Of a DNA stretch of 64,000 nt, positions 27,701-35,698 are shown piece by piece; the first letter of the stretch is position 1; each line of letters starts with the position of its first letter. The stretch covers positions 64,001-128,000 of IMG/VR virus record IMGVR_UViG_3300043427_003220; one strand, given 5' to 3'. The position numbers were made by a program, and so were the translations under genes. Source of the stretch: a virus (Duplodnaviria > Caudoviricetes). A model generated the notes under the pieces. That model saw nothing but the letters and a program-made list of their open reading frames with translations. It did not search any database and was not told the DNA's origin.

Positions 27701-29655
27701 AAGTGGCTGCCGAGATTAACGCGGAAGCTTCTGCGCGTGTAGCACTACAAAGCGCTCTTGAATCTGAAGTTGTGGCTCGTATTGCCGATGTTGATGCGGA
27801 AAAATCAGCTCGTATTGCCGGAGATGCTGCAGAAGCTGCCGCTCGTGAAGCTGCTGTTTTTGCTGAACAGGTATCTCGTCAAGCTGCTGACAGCGTTGAA
27901 GCCGGCATTCGTGAAGCTAATGATTTGGCAGAGCAATCTGCTCGTATTGCTGCTGACCTTGTTGAGAAAACAGCCCGCATGGCTGCCGACGCTGATGAAA
28001 CCGCAGCTCGCATGGCTGCTGATGCTGCCGAGCAGTCTGCTCGTATTGCCGCAGACGCTACGCTTCAGACGCAAATGGGCGTTCTTGAAACGCAAATGGA
28101 TGTTCTTGAAACTAATGTTAGTGCTATTCAGACGGTTGACACTTACAAAACAAGTGTATTTATTAATAGCACACACGTTGCCAATCAATATGTCGACATT
28201 TCTTATAGCGGCAGTTTGATTTTATTTTCAGCGACAGTCGATCGCCTTAATCTATACGAAACCACCGATTATATTTTAACGGTTCCTTCTCCCGGCACAC
28301 TTAGAGTAAACTTTACAAGTTCTTTTATGAGTGGCCCAGAAGCAATTACTGAAGGCGATGTTATGCACTGTCAACTCTTCCTTGGGCAGTATCTTGCTGC
28401 TCCATATGATGGAGAGTTTTACGATGAGCTTGCTTCCCGCGTTGACATTTTGCAAGCTAGCGACACAACCGTTGGCTCTGTAGCCAAAGCGTTTAAAGAC
28501 GCTAAGGCATACACAGACGCTCAACTAAGCGCTGTTGTTGGTGCTGCTCCGGAATTGCTAAATACGCTCAGCGAACTTGCCGACGCTATTGGCGATGATG
28601 CTAGCTTTATTTCTACAATGAATAGCAAGATTGCTAGTGAAACTTCTAGCCGTACTGCGGCTGTTAACTCATTGCAGTCTTCGCTATCTGCTCTTGAAGC
28701 GCAAACTGGAAGCAACTTGCAGGCTGCTGTTGCAAGCCTTCAAACGGCTGATTCCGTTGAACAAGCTGTTCGCCAAGCGGCCGATGATGCTGAAAAAACA
28801 GCTCGTATTGCCGCTGACCTAGCGGAACAATCTGCTCGTCAGGCTGCCGACGCAGTCCTTCAAACCAATGTGACAAATGAAACATCTGCTCGTCAGGCTG
28901 CTATTTTGTCAGAGGAACTTGCTAGAATTGCCGGCGATGCTGCTACATTGGTTTCAGCTCAAGCATACGTTGACACTAAAATGACGGCTCTTATTAACAG
29001 CGCTCCTGCTGCTCTTGATACACTTAACGAGCTAGCCGCTGCCCTTGGCAATGACGCCAACTACGCGACAACCGTTGTAAATCAAATTGCTGCGGAAGCT
29101 TCTTCTCGTCAGTCCGCTGACGCTAGCCTTGACAGTCGTCTCGATGTTCTTGAAGGTGCAGATACGGTTGATGGTTCTGTTGCCAAAGCTCTTAAAGACG
29201 CTAAGGCGTACACGGACCTATTCCTAAATGATATCGAGGCTCTTGTTGTTTCTAAAGAATCCGACGTTGTTGACGCAATTGCTGGTTTTGATGCTCGTTT
29301 GACGGACACTGAATCCGAAATTGTTGACGCAATTGCTGGTTTTGATGCTCGTTTGACGGACATGGATGGCGATAAGAACGTAACTAGCTCTGCTGCAACT
29401 GGAACTCTCTTTACAGTTGGTGCTACCGTAAGAAGCTTTGTTGGTCAGGTTTCTGTTTATATTGCCTCCACGGGTAAAGCAGAAGTCTTTGATATTAAGG
29501 CTGTCTTTAATGGCACAAGTTGGATTATGGCTCAATCCAGCGCGGGCGATGATTGCGGAGTTACCTTTTCAATCAATAGTTCCGGTGTTGTAAGTTTCAG
29601 TGGCCCTGCTGTTAGTAAAGTAATGAAATACAAGTATTTCTCAACTTTCATCTAA
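24787..29655 (+). CDS. Giant Ala-rich coiled-coil fibre protein (1622 aa)
   Basis: Same N-terminus and repeats; internal DRL..E..DY domain; APAALDTLNELAAALGND; extra C-terminal beta domain. Confidence 0.82.
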   Translation: MTTSLRIIKKNISPDAVDGTKIKVLDGQALRGTNAAGETIEILKVQANKLLGLGIEIATAPALQAEESARAAGDLTEKTARMAADATLQAAVEKEVSDRAAAVSAEQTSRNSAITLLSTATQDAIQSEVSARIAGDAAESAARVAGDAGLQSALNTESAARVAGDLAEKTARLSAIIELELAIDTEESARVAADNAEAASRISAINNEAALRQSGDDNLAALIGAEQAARISAVSAEASSRRAALDVEKTLRIAGYLEEIASRQAADAVLQSAIDAETAARQNGDSAEAAARQAADLAEQSARIAADAFLQANLDEIENALKTQQQAASINLANELTAEQSARIASDASLQTALNAEQAARIAADLEEKTARMAADAALGSRIDNVLSNIDPAALDSLTEIVDAFETADEALNGAIVTLANNSTNAINAETITRQAAIMAEELERIAADNAEITARRAAILEEQSARIAADLAEQSAREIAVDYLSQALSTEISSRNSEYLTEKTARMAADAEEAVAREAADLEEKTARIAADIALQAALSAETVSRQVADQAEQVAREAGDADLQAQINALSGSSGTNLSALESALAAEVSSRTIADLVEKTERIAADVLLQSAIDSVSSQLQTETNERLAAITQVSTDLEQSITQNITIVNNNHTEFISITENNFIQERSQRAQLETNMSIGFEAAAAVSAGIQADMEFGFGVEADARVSLGVALSASIDVEASARVALATQVAADIDVEASARVALAAQVAADIDVEASARVALAAQVAADIDVEASARVALAAQIAADIDVEASARVALAAQIAADIDVEASARIALSAELNAAIDAEISARIALAAAIDADIAAELDIEASARVALAAQIAADIDVEASARIALSAELNAAIAAEVDARIALAVQLGIDIQAEVSARLALQAAIEADIQAEISARLALAASLELGLSLEAGARVALGVELNAAISAEVGARVALAAQVAAEINAEASARVALQSALESEVVARIADVDAEKSARIAGDAAEAAAREAAVFAEQVSRQAADSVEAGIREANDLAEQSARIAADLVEKTARMAADADETAARMAADAAEQSARIAADATLQTQMGVLETQMDVLETNVSAIQTVDTYKTSVFINSTHVANQYVDISYSGSLILFSATVDRLNLYETTDYILTVPSPGTLRVNFTSSFMSGPEAITEGDVMHCQLFLGQYLAAPYDGEFYDELASRVDILQASDTTVGSVAKAFKDAKAYTDAQLSAVVGAAPELLNTLSELADAIGDDASFISTMNSKIASETSSRTAAVNSLQSSLSALEAQTGSNLQAAVASLQTADSVEQAVRQAADDAEKTARIAADLAEQSARQAADAVLQTNVTNETSARQAAILSEELARIAGDAATLVSAQAYVDTKMTALINSAPAALDTLNELAAALGNDANYATTVVNQIAAEASSRQSADASLDSRLDVLEGADTVDGSVAKALKDAKAYTDLFLNDIEALVVSKESDVVDAIAGFDARLTDTESEIVDAIAGFDARLTDMDGDKNVTSSAATGTLFTVGATVRSFVGQVSVYIASTGKAEVFDIKAVFNGTSWIMAQSSAGDDCGVTFSINSSGVVSFSGPAVSKVMKYKYFSTFI
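26940..27760 (+). repeat. Coding tandem array of 54-bp/18-aa units (DIDVEASARVALAAQxAA)
   Basis: Near-identical units such as gacattgacgtggaagcctctgctcgcgtagcattagccgctcaagtagc. Confidence 0.9.
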
Positions 29656-29663
29656 CAATCTCT

Positions 29664-29691
29664 AAAGGGGGGCAAGTTCCCCCCTTTTTTT
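29664..29691 (+). terminator. Intrinsic terminator
   Basis: AAAGGGGGG-CAAGTT-CCCCCCTTTTTTT. Confidence 0.85.
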
Positions 29692-29707
29692 AGAAAGGAT
29701 TCGATAA

Positions 29708-30049
29708 ATGGCTTTACTAATTAGCAAACCAGCTTCAATAACTAAGGGAACTTCCCAAGTTATTAGCTTTAATCGAAATGAAGTTGCAGCACTTATTACG
29801 GATGCGTATTTTCAAGACCCTTTAAACTGGTCAAAAATTACTTTTTATTATAAAGATGCTACTAACGTACAAAAAGTTTATTGTCATATGAATTTAGTAT
29901 CCGATAGCGGCACGTTTAAGGTTTCAGCGAGAGCGTTTACCAACACGTGGCAACTTTTTAAAATTCTTATAGAAGATTTTGATGGCGGCGTCCATATAAT
30001 TAGACGCGCCGATCTAGGCTCAAATGATGACTTAATAGTAAGTTCTTAA
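29708..30049 (+). CDS. Small virion protein homologous to the N-terminal domain of 30074..32302
   Basis: MALLIxKP..NRxE..AY...NWSK..YY.D..W.L.KI.I.D shared. Confidence 0.75.
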   Translation: MALLISKPASITKGTSQVISFNRNEVAALITDAYFQDPLNWSKITFYYKDATNVQKVYCHMNLVSDSGTFKVSARAFTNTWQLFKILIEDFDGGVHIIRRADLGSNDDLIVSS

Positions 30050-30073
30050 CTATATCAATAAAAGGAACTGACC

Positions 30074-32302
30074 GTGGCCTTACTAATAAATAAACCCAAA
30101 AGAGTCGTGATTGACACGCCCGTCTCTTTAACTCTTAATAGAGCAGAATTGGTTGGACACCTTGCATCTAATGCTTATTGGTCTAATACGAGCAATTGGA
30201 GCAAGGTTTACTTGTATTATTCAGATTCTACAAAAAAACAAGCTATTCCGGTAATTTTTGGTTCTACCAATACTGCTGTTTTTCAATCATCTAGCCGTGT
30301 AAAACAGTCTCGCTGGACGTTGGAAAAAATTGTGATTAAAGACCACGAACGCGGCTTAATCACATTGAGCCGAAGTAAGTATTTTTTGGCTTTAAGTGCA
30401 TGTGATTTTGTTGTTTCTGTTCCAAATAGAGTTCCTTCTAATATATTTCTATCTAACACTTCGGTTGTTGAAAATACGACTTTTGTCGGAAACTTGACGG
30501 CAACTGACCCAGATATTGAAGACCCTTTAGTTTATTCAGTTATCAGTGGGTTTGGAGATGCAGCTAGTTTTCAGATTGTAGGCGACAATGCCCTTCATTT
30601 TGTTACAGCTCCCAACTTTGAAATTAAAAACCAATACAGCGTAAAAATTCGAGTTACAGATTCTAGTGATACCTTTTATGAAAAAGCATTTACTATTAAT
30701 GTTGTTGACGCTAATGATGCTCCAAGCAATATCACCTTGTCTAACAATACAATTTATGAAAATGCAGCGATAAATACTGTAATTGGCACACTTAGTGCTA
30801 CTGACGAAGATGCCGGAGCCACAGCTACATTTAGCATTGTTGGTGGAGACACGGCTTCATTTAATATCACCGGCAACCAGCTAAGAGCTTCTGAATCATT
30901 TAACTATGAAGTCAAGGCTTTATATTCAGTCACTGTAAGAGCGACCGATAATGGTGGCCTAACCTATGATAAAGTCTTTAATATTAGTGTTTTGAACGTA
31001 AATGAATCACCTACTGGCATTACTCTGTCTAGCTCATCTATCAATGAGTACAACGCTATTAACGCTGTCGTTGGTATGCTTACGACAGCGGACCCAGACG
31101 GTGGAGATACTTTTACGTACACTATCGGTGGACCTGATCTTGCCGCATTTAACATTAACGGCAACCAGCTAAGAGCATCTCAAGTATTTGATTATGAAAC
31201 AAAATCGTCTTATTCTATTGAAATTCGTTCAACAGACGCTGGCGGCTACTTTTTTCAAAAATCTTTTACAATTAATGTTAATAATATAATTGAAGCGCCT
31301 ACGGATATTACCTTGTCTGCAAACTCTATAAATGAAAATGCAGCGGTTAATACTGTGATTGGAACCTTGGGAGTTGTTGCCCCTACAGCGCAATTAGCCA
31401 CGTATGTTATTATCGGAGGAGACACCTCTTCCTTTAATATTTTTGGCAATCAGCTAAGGTCTTCTGCTAGTTTTGACTTTGAAACAAAATCTTCTTATTC
31501 TATTACAATTCAAGCAACCGTTGGCGGAGAGGGTTTTAACAAAACCTTTACTATCAACGTCAATAATATTGCCGAGCCACCTTCTGATATATTGTTGTCG
31601 TCCTCCAGCATTGCTGAAAATAACGCAGTAAATACTGTAATTGGCACACTTTCTGCCGTTGGTGATACTTGTACATATTCAATAATTGGCGGCGACACGT
31701 CTGCATTTAATATCAATGGTAGCCAACTCAGAGCCTCGATTGCTTTTGATAGAGAATCTAAATCGTCTTATTCTGTAATTGTAAGAGGAACGACTCCGTT
31801 TAATCAAACTTTTGATAAAGCACTTACGATTACTGTTACAGAAGTCGATGAGTTTGCGCCGACTGGACTTGTAGCTTGGGGTGGCACAATTCGCGGAACA
31901 GATATGGCCACATACAACTCAGCGTCGTATAACGACAAGTTGTTTAGAATTGGTGTGTGGGATAATGATTATTCAGACTATAGCCAATATTTAACAAGGG
32001 GTGCAGGCCCTGGGAAAACACACGTTATTTATCAATACCAATCGGGAACTAATATCAGATTATATTACACAGACGGAACCTATACGACCACAGGATGGAT
32101 AGCATATCAAGGAACCAGTGATGTGTATGATGCAGCTAGATTGGGTCAAGATAGCGCTGGTTATTATCTGTCCAAATTCGAGCATATGACATTTAGCGGC
32201 GGCACGCCTTCTTATTTTTGGATGAAGTTTAAAGTTTACTACGGATTGTCCGATACCGGCAGCTATATTGACGTAGTTATGACCTTCCCTTACGGTTCGT
32301 AA
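30074..32302 (+). CDS. Cadherin-repeat (about 5 repeats) surface/adhesion protein
   Basis: Repeated PxxIxLS..xEN..GxL...D..F.I.GNQL...FDYE.K..YS. Confidence 0.88.
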   Translation: MALLINKPKRVVIDTPVSLTLNRAELVGHLASNAYWSNTSNWSKVYLYYSDSTKKQAIPVIFGSTNTAVFQSSSRVKQSRWTLEKIVIKDHERGLITLSRSKYFLALSACDFVVSVPNRVPSNIFLSNTSVVENTTFVGNLTATDPDIEDPLVYSVISGFGDAASFQIVGDNALHFVTAPNFEIKNQYSVKIRVTDSSDTFYEKAFTINVVDANDAPSNITLSNNTIYENAAINTVIGTLSATDEDAGATATFSIVGGDTASFNITGNQLRASESFNYEVKALYSVTVRATDNGGLTYDKVFNISVLNVNESPTGITLSSSSINEYNAINAVVGMLTTADPDGGDTFTYTIGGPDLAAFNINGNQLRASQVFDYETKSSYSIEIRSTDAGGYFFQKSFTINVNNIIEAPTDITLSANSINENAAVNTVIGTLGVVAPTAQLATYVIIGGDTSSFNIFGNQLRSSASFDFETKSSYSITIQATVGGEGFNKTFTINVNNIAEPPSDILLSSSSIAENNAVNTVIGTLSAVGDTCTYSIIGGDTSAFNINGSQLRASIAFDRESKSSYSVIVRGTTPFNQTFDKALTITVTEVDEFAPTGLVAWGGTIRGTDMATYNSASYNDKLFRIGVWDNDYSDYSQYLTRGAGPGKTHVIYQYQSGTNIRLYYTDGTYTTTGWIAYQGTSDVYDAARLGQDSAGYYLSKFEHMTFSGGTPSYFWMKFKVYYGLSDTGSYIDVVMTFPYGS

Positions 32303-32320
32303 TTTTTTACTGACCCACTT

Positions 32321-32354
32321 AAGACGAGAGTACCCCCTCTCGTCTTTTCTTTTT
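32321..32354 (+). terminator. Intrinsic terminator
   Basis: AAGACGAGAG-N-CTCTCGTCTT + TTCTTTTT. Confidence 0.8.
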
Positions 32355-32425
32355 AATTCAATCTGATAAAATCTTATTATAAAAAGTAGCATTAAATGCG
32401 AAAAACATTCAAACGGAGAGTATAA

Positions 32426-33247
32426 ATGTCAACAGTTTTGACGTCGGAAAATTTTAGTACCTTTACCTCTAACAATATTTCACTTTCGGCGGAAAGAGAT
32501 GCCGGCGCTACGCAGCGCGTCTTACTCCAATTTTTTAGTACCCCTGCAGGCGGTTTGACTTTTAATAGACTGCAGCTTTATCTCAAAAGTAACTTCACGT
32601 CTTCCACGCACGGTATTAAAGTTAGAATTTTTGGCTTTAAAACAAAAACATATCCAAGTATGAGTGATTTGTATTCACCGAGCACATCCGATGAACTCAA
32701 AGCGTCTATTTACATTACAAAAACAGACCCCGAAGTTGTTCTCGTTGGAGACTCTGGTAATTTAACCAATTTAAATTTAACGACTAGCTTTTCTTTAAAA
32801 ACAATTAGTTTTAACAACTCGGTCGTAGTTCCTAGCAATTATCCATCTTATGCAATTGAAATTACCGTACTAAACAACGCATATATTACTTTTGGTCTTC
32901 AAAACTACAATCCGTCAGCAAGAACTTATTTAAGTGGCTCTACTATGTGGTCTAGCTCATCCAATGGATTGATTTTTGCTGCGCAAAATATTCCAGCCTT
33001 TGTTGCCTCTTTTGTTGGAAGTAAAGTTTTTGTAACGTCAAACGCCGATCCTCGCGTGTCTACAATTCAAGTCGGCGGTCAAGGATTGCCAGATGGTTCG
33101 GTTGTAAGATGGACATCAAATAGTCAAAAATTTTACAAAATTTCAGGCGGAGATTTAGTTTACAGGGCAATTATAATTTCAGCTCCATCCGAGTGGGGAT
33201 GGGGAGCGACCGGACAGGCAGCTTGGGCGACATTACAAAGTTTATAA
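32426..33247 (+). CDS. Ser/Thr-rich beta-type hypothetical (probable virion) protein
   Basis: SD GGAG; flanked by terminators. Confidence 0.7.
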   Translation: MSTVLTSENFSTFTSNNISLSAERDAGATQRVLLQFFSTPAGGLTFNRLQLYLKSNFTSSTHGIKVRIFGFKTKTYPSMSDLYSPSTSDELKASIYITKTDPEVVLVGDSGNLTNLNLTTSFSLKTISFNNSVVVPSNYPSYAIEITVLNNAYITFGLQNYNPSARTYLSGSTMWSSSSNGLIFAAQNIPAFVASFVGSKVFVTSNADPRVSTIQVGGQGLPDGSVVRWTSNSQKFYKISGGDLVYRAIIISAPSEWGWGATGQAAWATLQSL

Positions 33248-33290
33248 TTTAATTTAAAAAAACCTCAATTAAATTTGCATAATTACTCTT

Positions 33291-33319
33291 AAAAACGAGA
33301 TTAAATGTCTCGTTTTTTT
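33291..33319 (+). terminator. Intrinsic terminator
   Basis: AAAAACGAGA-N7-TCTCGTTTTTTT. Confidence 0.7.
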
Positions 33320-33395
33320 CTTATATTAAGTATAGTAAAATACCTATAAATAGTTTTTTTACTACTTTAACGCATTAAAATACTTAGGAAAATGT

Positions 33396-35462
33396 ATGAG
33401 CGGAAATACAACTACACCGGTAGCAATGTCTGGCTATATCACTCCTGCTTATACGTTCACCCCTGGGCCGTCGGGCGTAGGCACAATAAACCTCTCTGGA
33501 ATCAATGACTTTAATATCAAACGCCTCGTTGCTATCATTAACCAAACAGCCGGCGAAATCATCTATTCGTCTGCAAACTCTTCATATAATTACACAAATG
33601 TCGTTGGAACAACGATTACTCTTAAAGCGGATACAACTGGTCAAAATTCCACAGATATTTTGCAAGTCGTCTATGATACCGGATACGTCGTTTTAGACCC
33701 TACATTCCCCATCAACATTGATAGTGTTTATGTTTCTAATGAAGTCGAAGTAACAAATGATATTGGAAATCCCCTTCCAGTATTTGGTCCACTAACAGAC
33801 GCTCAACTTCGTGCAACTCCCGTTCCAGTATCTATCTCATCTTCAATTGAACTAGAAGTCAAAAATGATGCCGGCAACCCATTGCCTATTTCTGGCACGG
33901 TAAGTGCTAATCAAGCAGGCACTTGGAACATTAACGATGTTTCAGGAACAATTAGCCTACCCACCGGAGCAGCAACGGCTGCAAAACAAGATACTCAATC
34001 GACTCAACTAACTCAAATTGAATCAGCAATTGATGCTTTATCATTGAACGTTGTGTCTCCTCAAGATATTCTAGGGGTTGGTATTTCTGGAGCAAGATAT
34101 AATCAAGTTGAAATCAACTTTGAAGTGGCTCCAGGTGCCGGTTTAATAACAGAAACATTTACAGGCGGCGGGTTTGTCACTATTACAAGCGGCCATTCTA
34201 TTTATGCAACTGGAGCGGCAGCCACAGCTTCTACAAAGGTGGTGACCACTCAAAAAGTTATCTATCGCCCTGCTCATGAAATTTACAGCTACTTTACGGC
34301 TGCGTTTACTACAGGTGTCGCAAACACATTTCAGCGTATCGGTATTTTTGACGACAATAATGGTTTTTATATTGGATATGAAAATAATTTATTTGGTATT
34401 ACCAAAAGAACCTCCGGAGTTAATACATTTGTTGCCAGAAGCTTATGGAATGGCGATGCTTTAAACGGCGGCTCAACTTCAAACTTTACTCGCAACGGTA
34501 TCCCAGAGGCGATTAATCTAAATTACAGCAATCTTTTTAGAATTAGATTTGCTTGGCTTGGCTCAGCTTCGGTCATTTTTGAAGTATTTAGTCCAGATGG
34601 TTTGTGGATTCCTTTTCACACACTAAAAATACCAAACAGCCAATACGATCCATCAATTACAAACCCAGACTTGCCATTAAGTTTGCATATTTCTAAAAAT
34701 GCGGCAAATGGCACAAATATTGCTGTTGCTACGGCTTGTTGGGCAGGCGGAACCACATCGGACTACGTTAAGATTAGCGACACTTTAACAAACAATACGC
34801 TCGCATCTCTAACTCGCTCTGTTATCACTGGACAAACAACTGCGGGCGGCGGCGGTTTTGTTAACGTCAAAGTAAACCCAAGCGGTGCTTTAACTGTTGC
34901 TGCAACTCAAGATAGTCCTTGGAATGTTAGTGTTTTAGATAGTTGGAAAAGCACATATACTGCATCTGTAACTAACTATATCCCTTACGCAAACGCAACG
35001 GATGTGGTTTGTATTAGCGGCAGCGCTACAAAAACAATTAGAATTTATCGAGTACATATTTCGGGAACAGCGAATCCAGCAAATACTACTAATACAAACT
35101 ACGACATATTTTTAATTAAGCGTTCGACTTTAAACACAGGCGATACGCCAACAGCCGTTGCCCCTATCCCTCATGACTCTGCCAATCCCGCAGCTACAGC
35201 TACCGTTACAAGATACTCTAGCTTGCCTGTATTGGGAACGGCGGCAGGAACTGTTCGGCAGGAAAGCTTGTTTGTAAGCACTGGCTCTAAAGGGGGCGAT
35301 AACCCTGTCCAACCGGGAAGTTTTGTGGACATGGAATTTGCCACTCATCCTAATTTGCAACCAATTGTTTTGCGCGGAGTTAATGAGAGTTTGTGTTTAA
35401 ACTTTAATGGAATTTCAATTTTAGCAAACCTAGAAATTGATATTATGTGGACTGAAGAATAA
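33396..35462 (+). CDS. Probable virion structural/fibre protein
   Basis: VxNDxGNPLP repeats, PLTDAQLRATPVPVS and LPTGAATAAKQD phage structural motifs, beta-rich body. Confidence 0.72.
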   Translation: MSGNTTTPVAMSGYITPAYTFTPGPSGVGTINLSGINDFNIKRLVAIINQTAGEIIYSSANSSYNYTNVVGTTITLKADTTGQNSTDILQVVYDTGYVVLDPTFPINIDSVYVSNEVEVTNDIGNPLPVFGPLTDAQLRATPVPVSISSSIELEVKNDAGNPLPISGTVSANQAGTWNINDVSGTISLPTGAATAAKQDTQSTQLTQIESAIDALSLNVVSPQDILGVGISGARYNQVEINFEVAPGAGLITETFTGGGFVTITSGHSIYATGAAATASTKVVTTQKVIYRPAHEIYSYFTAAFTTGVANTFQRIGIFDDNNGFYIGYENNLFGITKRTSGVNTFVARSLWNGDALNGGSTSNFTRNGIPEAINLNYSNLFRIRFAWLGSASVIFEVFSPDGLWIPFHTLKIPNSQYDPSITNPDLPLSLHISKNAANGTNIAVATACWAGGTTSDYVKISDTLTNNTLASLTRSVITGQTTAGGGGFVNVKVNPSGALTVAATQDSPWNVSVLDSWKSTYTASVTNYIPYANATDVVCISGSATKTIRIYRVHISGTANPANTTNTNYDIFLIKRSTLNTGDTPTAVAPIPHDSANPAATATVTRYSSLPVLGTAAGTVRQESLFVSTGSKGGDNPVQPGSFVDMEFATHPNLQPIVLRGVNESLCLNFNGISILANLEIDIMWTEE

Positions 35463-35698
35463 GATTAAGGCCCCTCTTTTGAGGGATTTATCTTTTGTCC
35501 TACAAGTTACATCTACTGTAATTCACAGAAGAAAAAATAAACTCATAAAAATAACTCAAGACTTTCCAAAATCTGACAATATGTCTCTTATAAAGACATA
35601 TTTATTAGCGACGACTGCGACCGTTACGGTGGCCTTGAAAATTATTGATTTTGCCGTCAATAATAGTAAAATGCCTTAAGTCATGGAGGTTTAAGGCT

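Noticed and set aside
19500-29200. Many ~20-33-bp repeats (gaaaaaacagctcgcatggctgc) that could look like a CRISPR array
   Set aside because: They are in-frame codons of the EKTARMAAD repeat, irregularly spaced, with no unique spacers or cas genes
19345-29655. Tape measure protein call for the giant Ala-rich ORFs
   Set aside because: They have short paralogs with the same terminal domains and tail-fibre LDTLxEL motifs, and no tail tube or chaperone genes are adjacent; not fully excluded
481-31716. Numerous overlapping alternate-frame and antisense ORFs in the track
   Set aside because: Shadows of low-complexity Gly/Ala-rich genes, with no SD or recognisable motifs
35463-35684. 220-bp gap with hairpins (atatgtct..agacatat) and a 32-aa ORF, as possible ncRNA or leader
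   Set aside because: No SD for the ORF and only weak AT-rich stems; unsupported without covariation data
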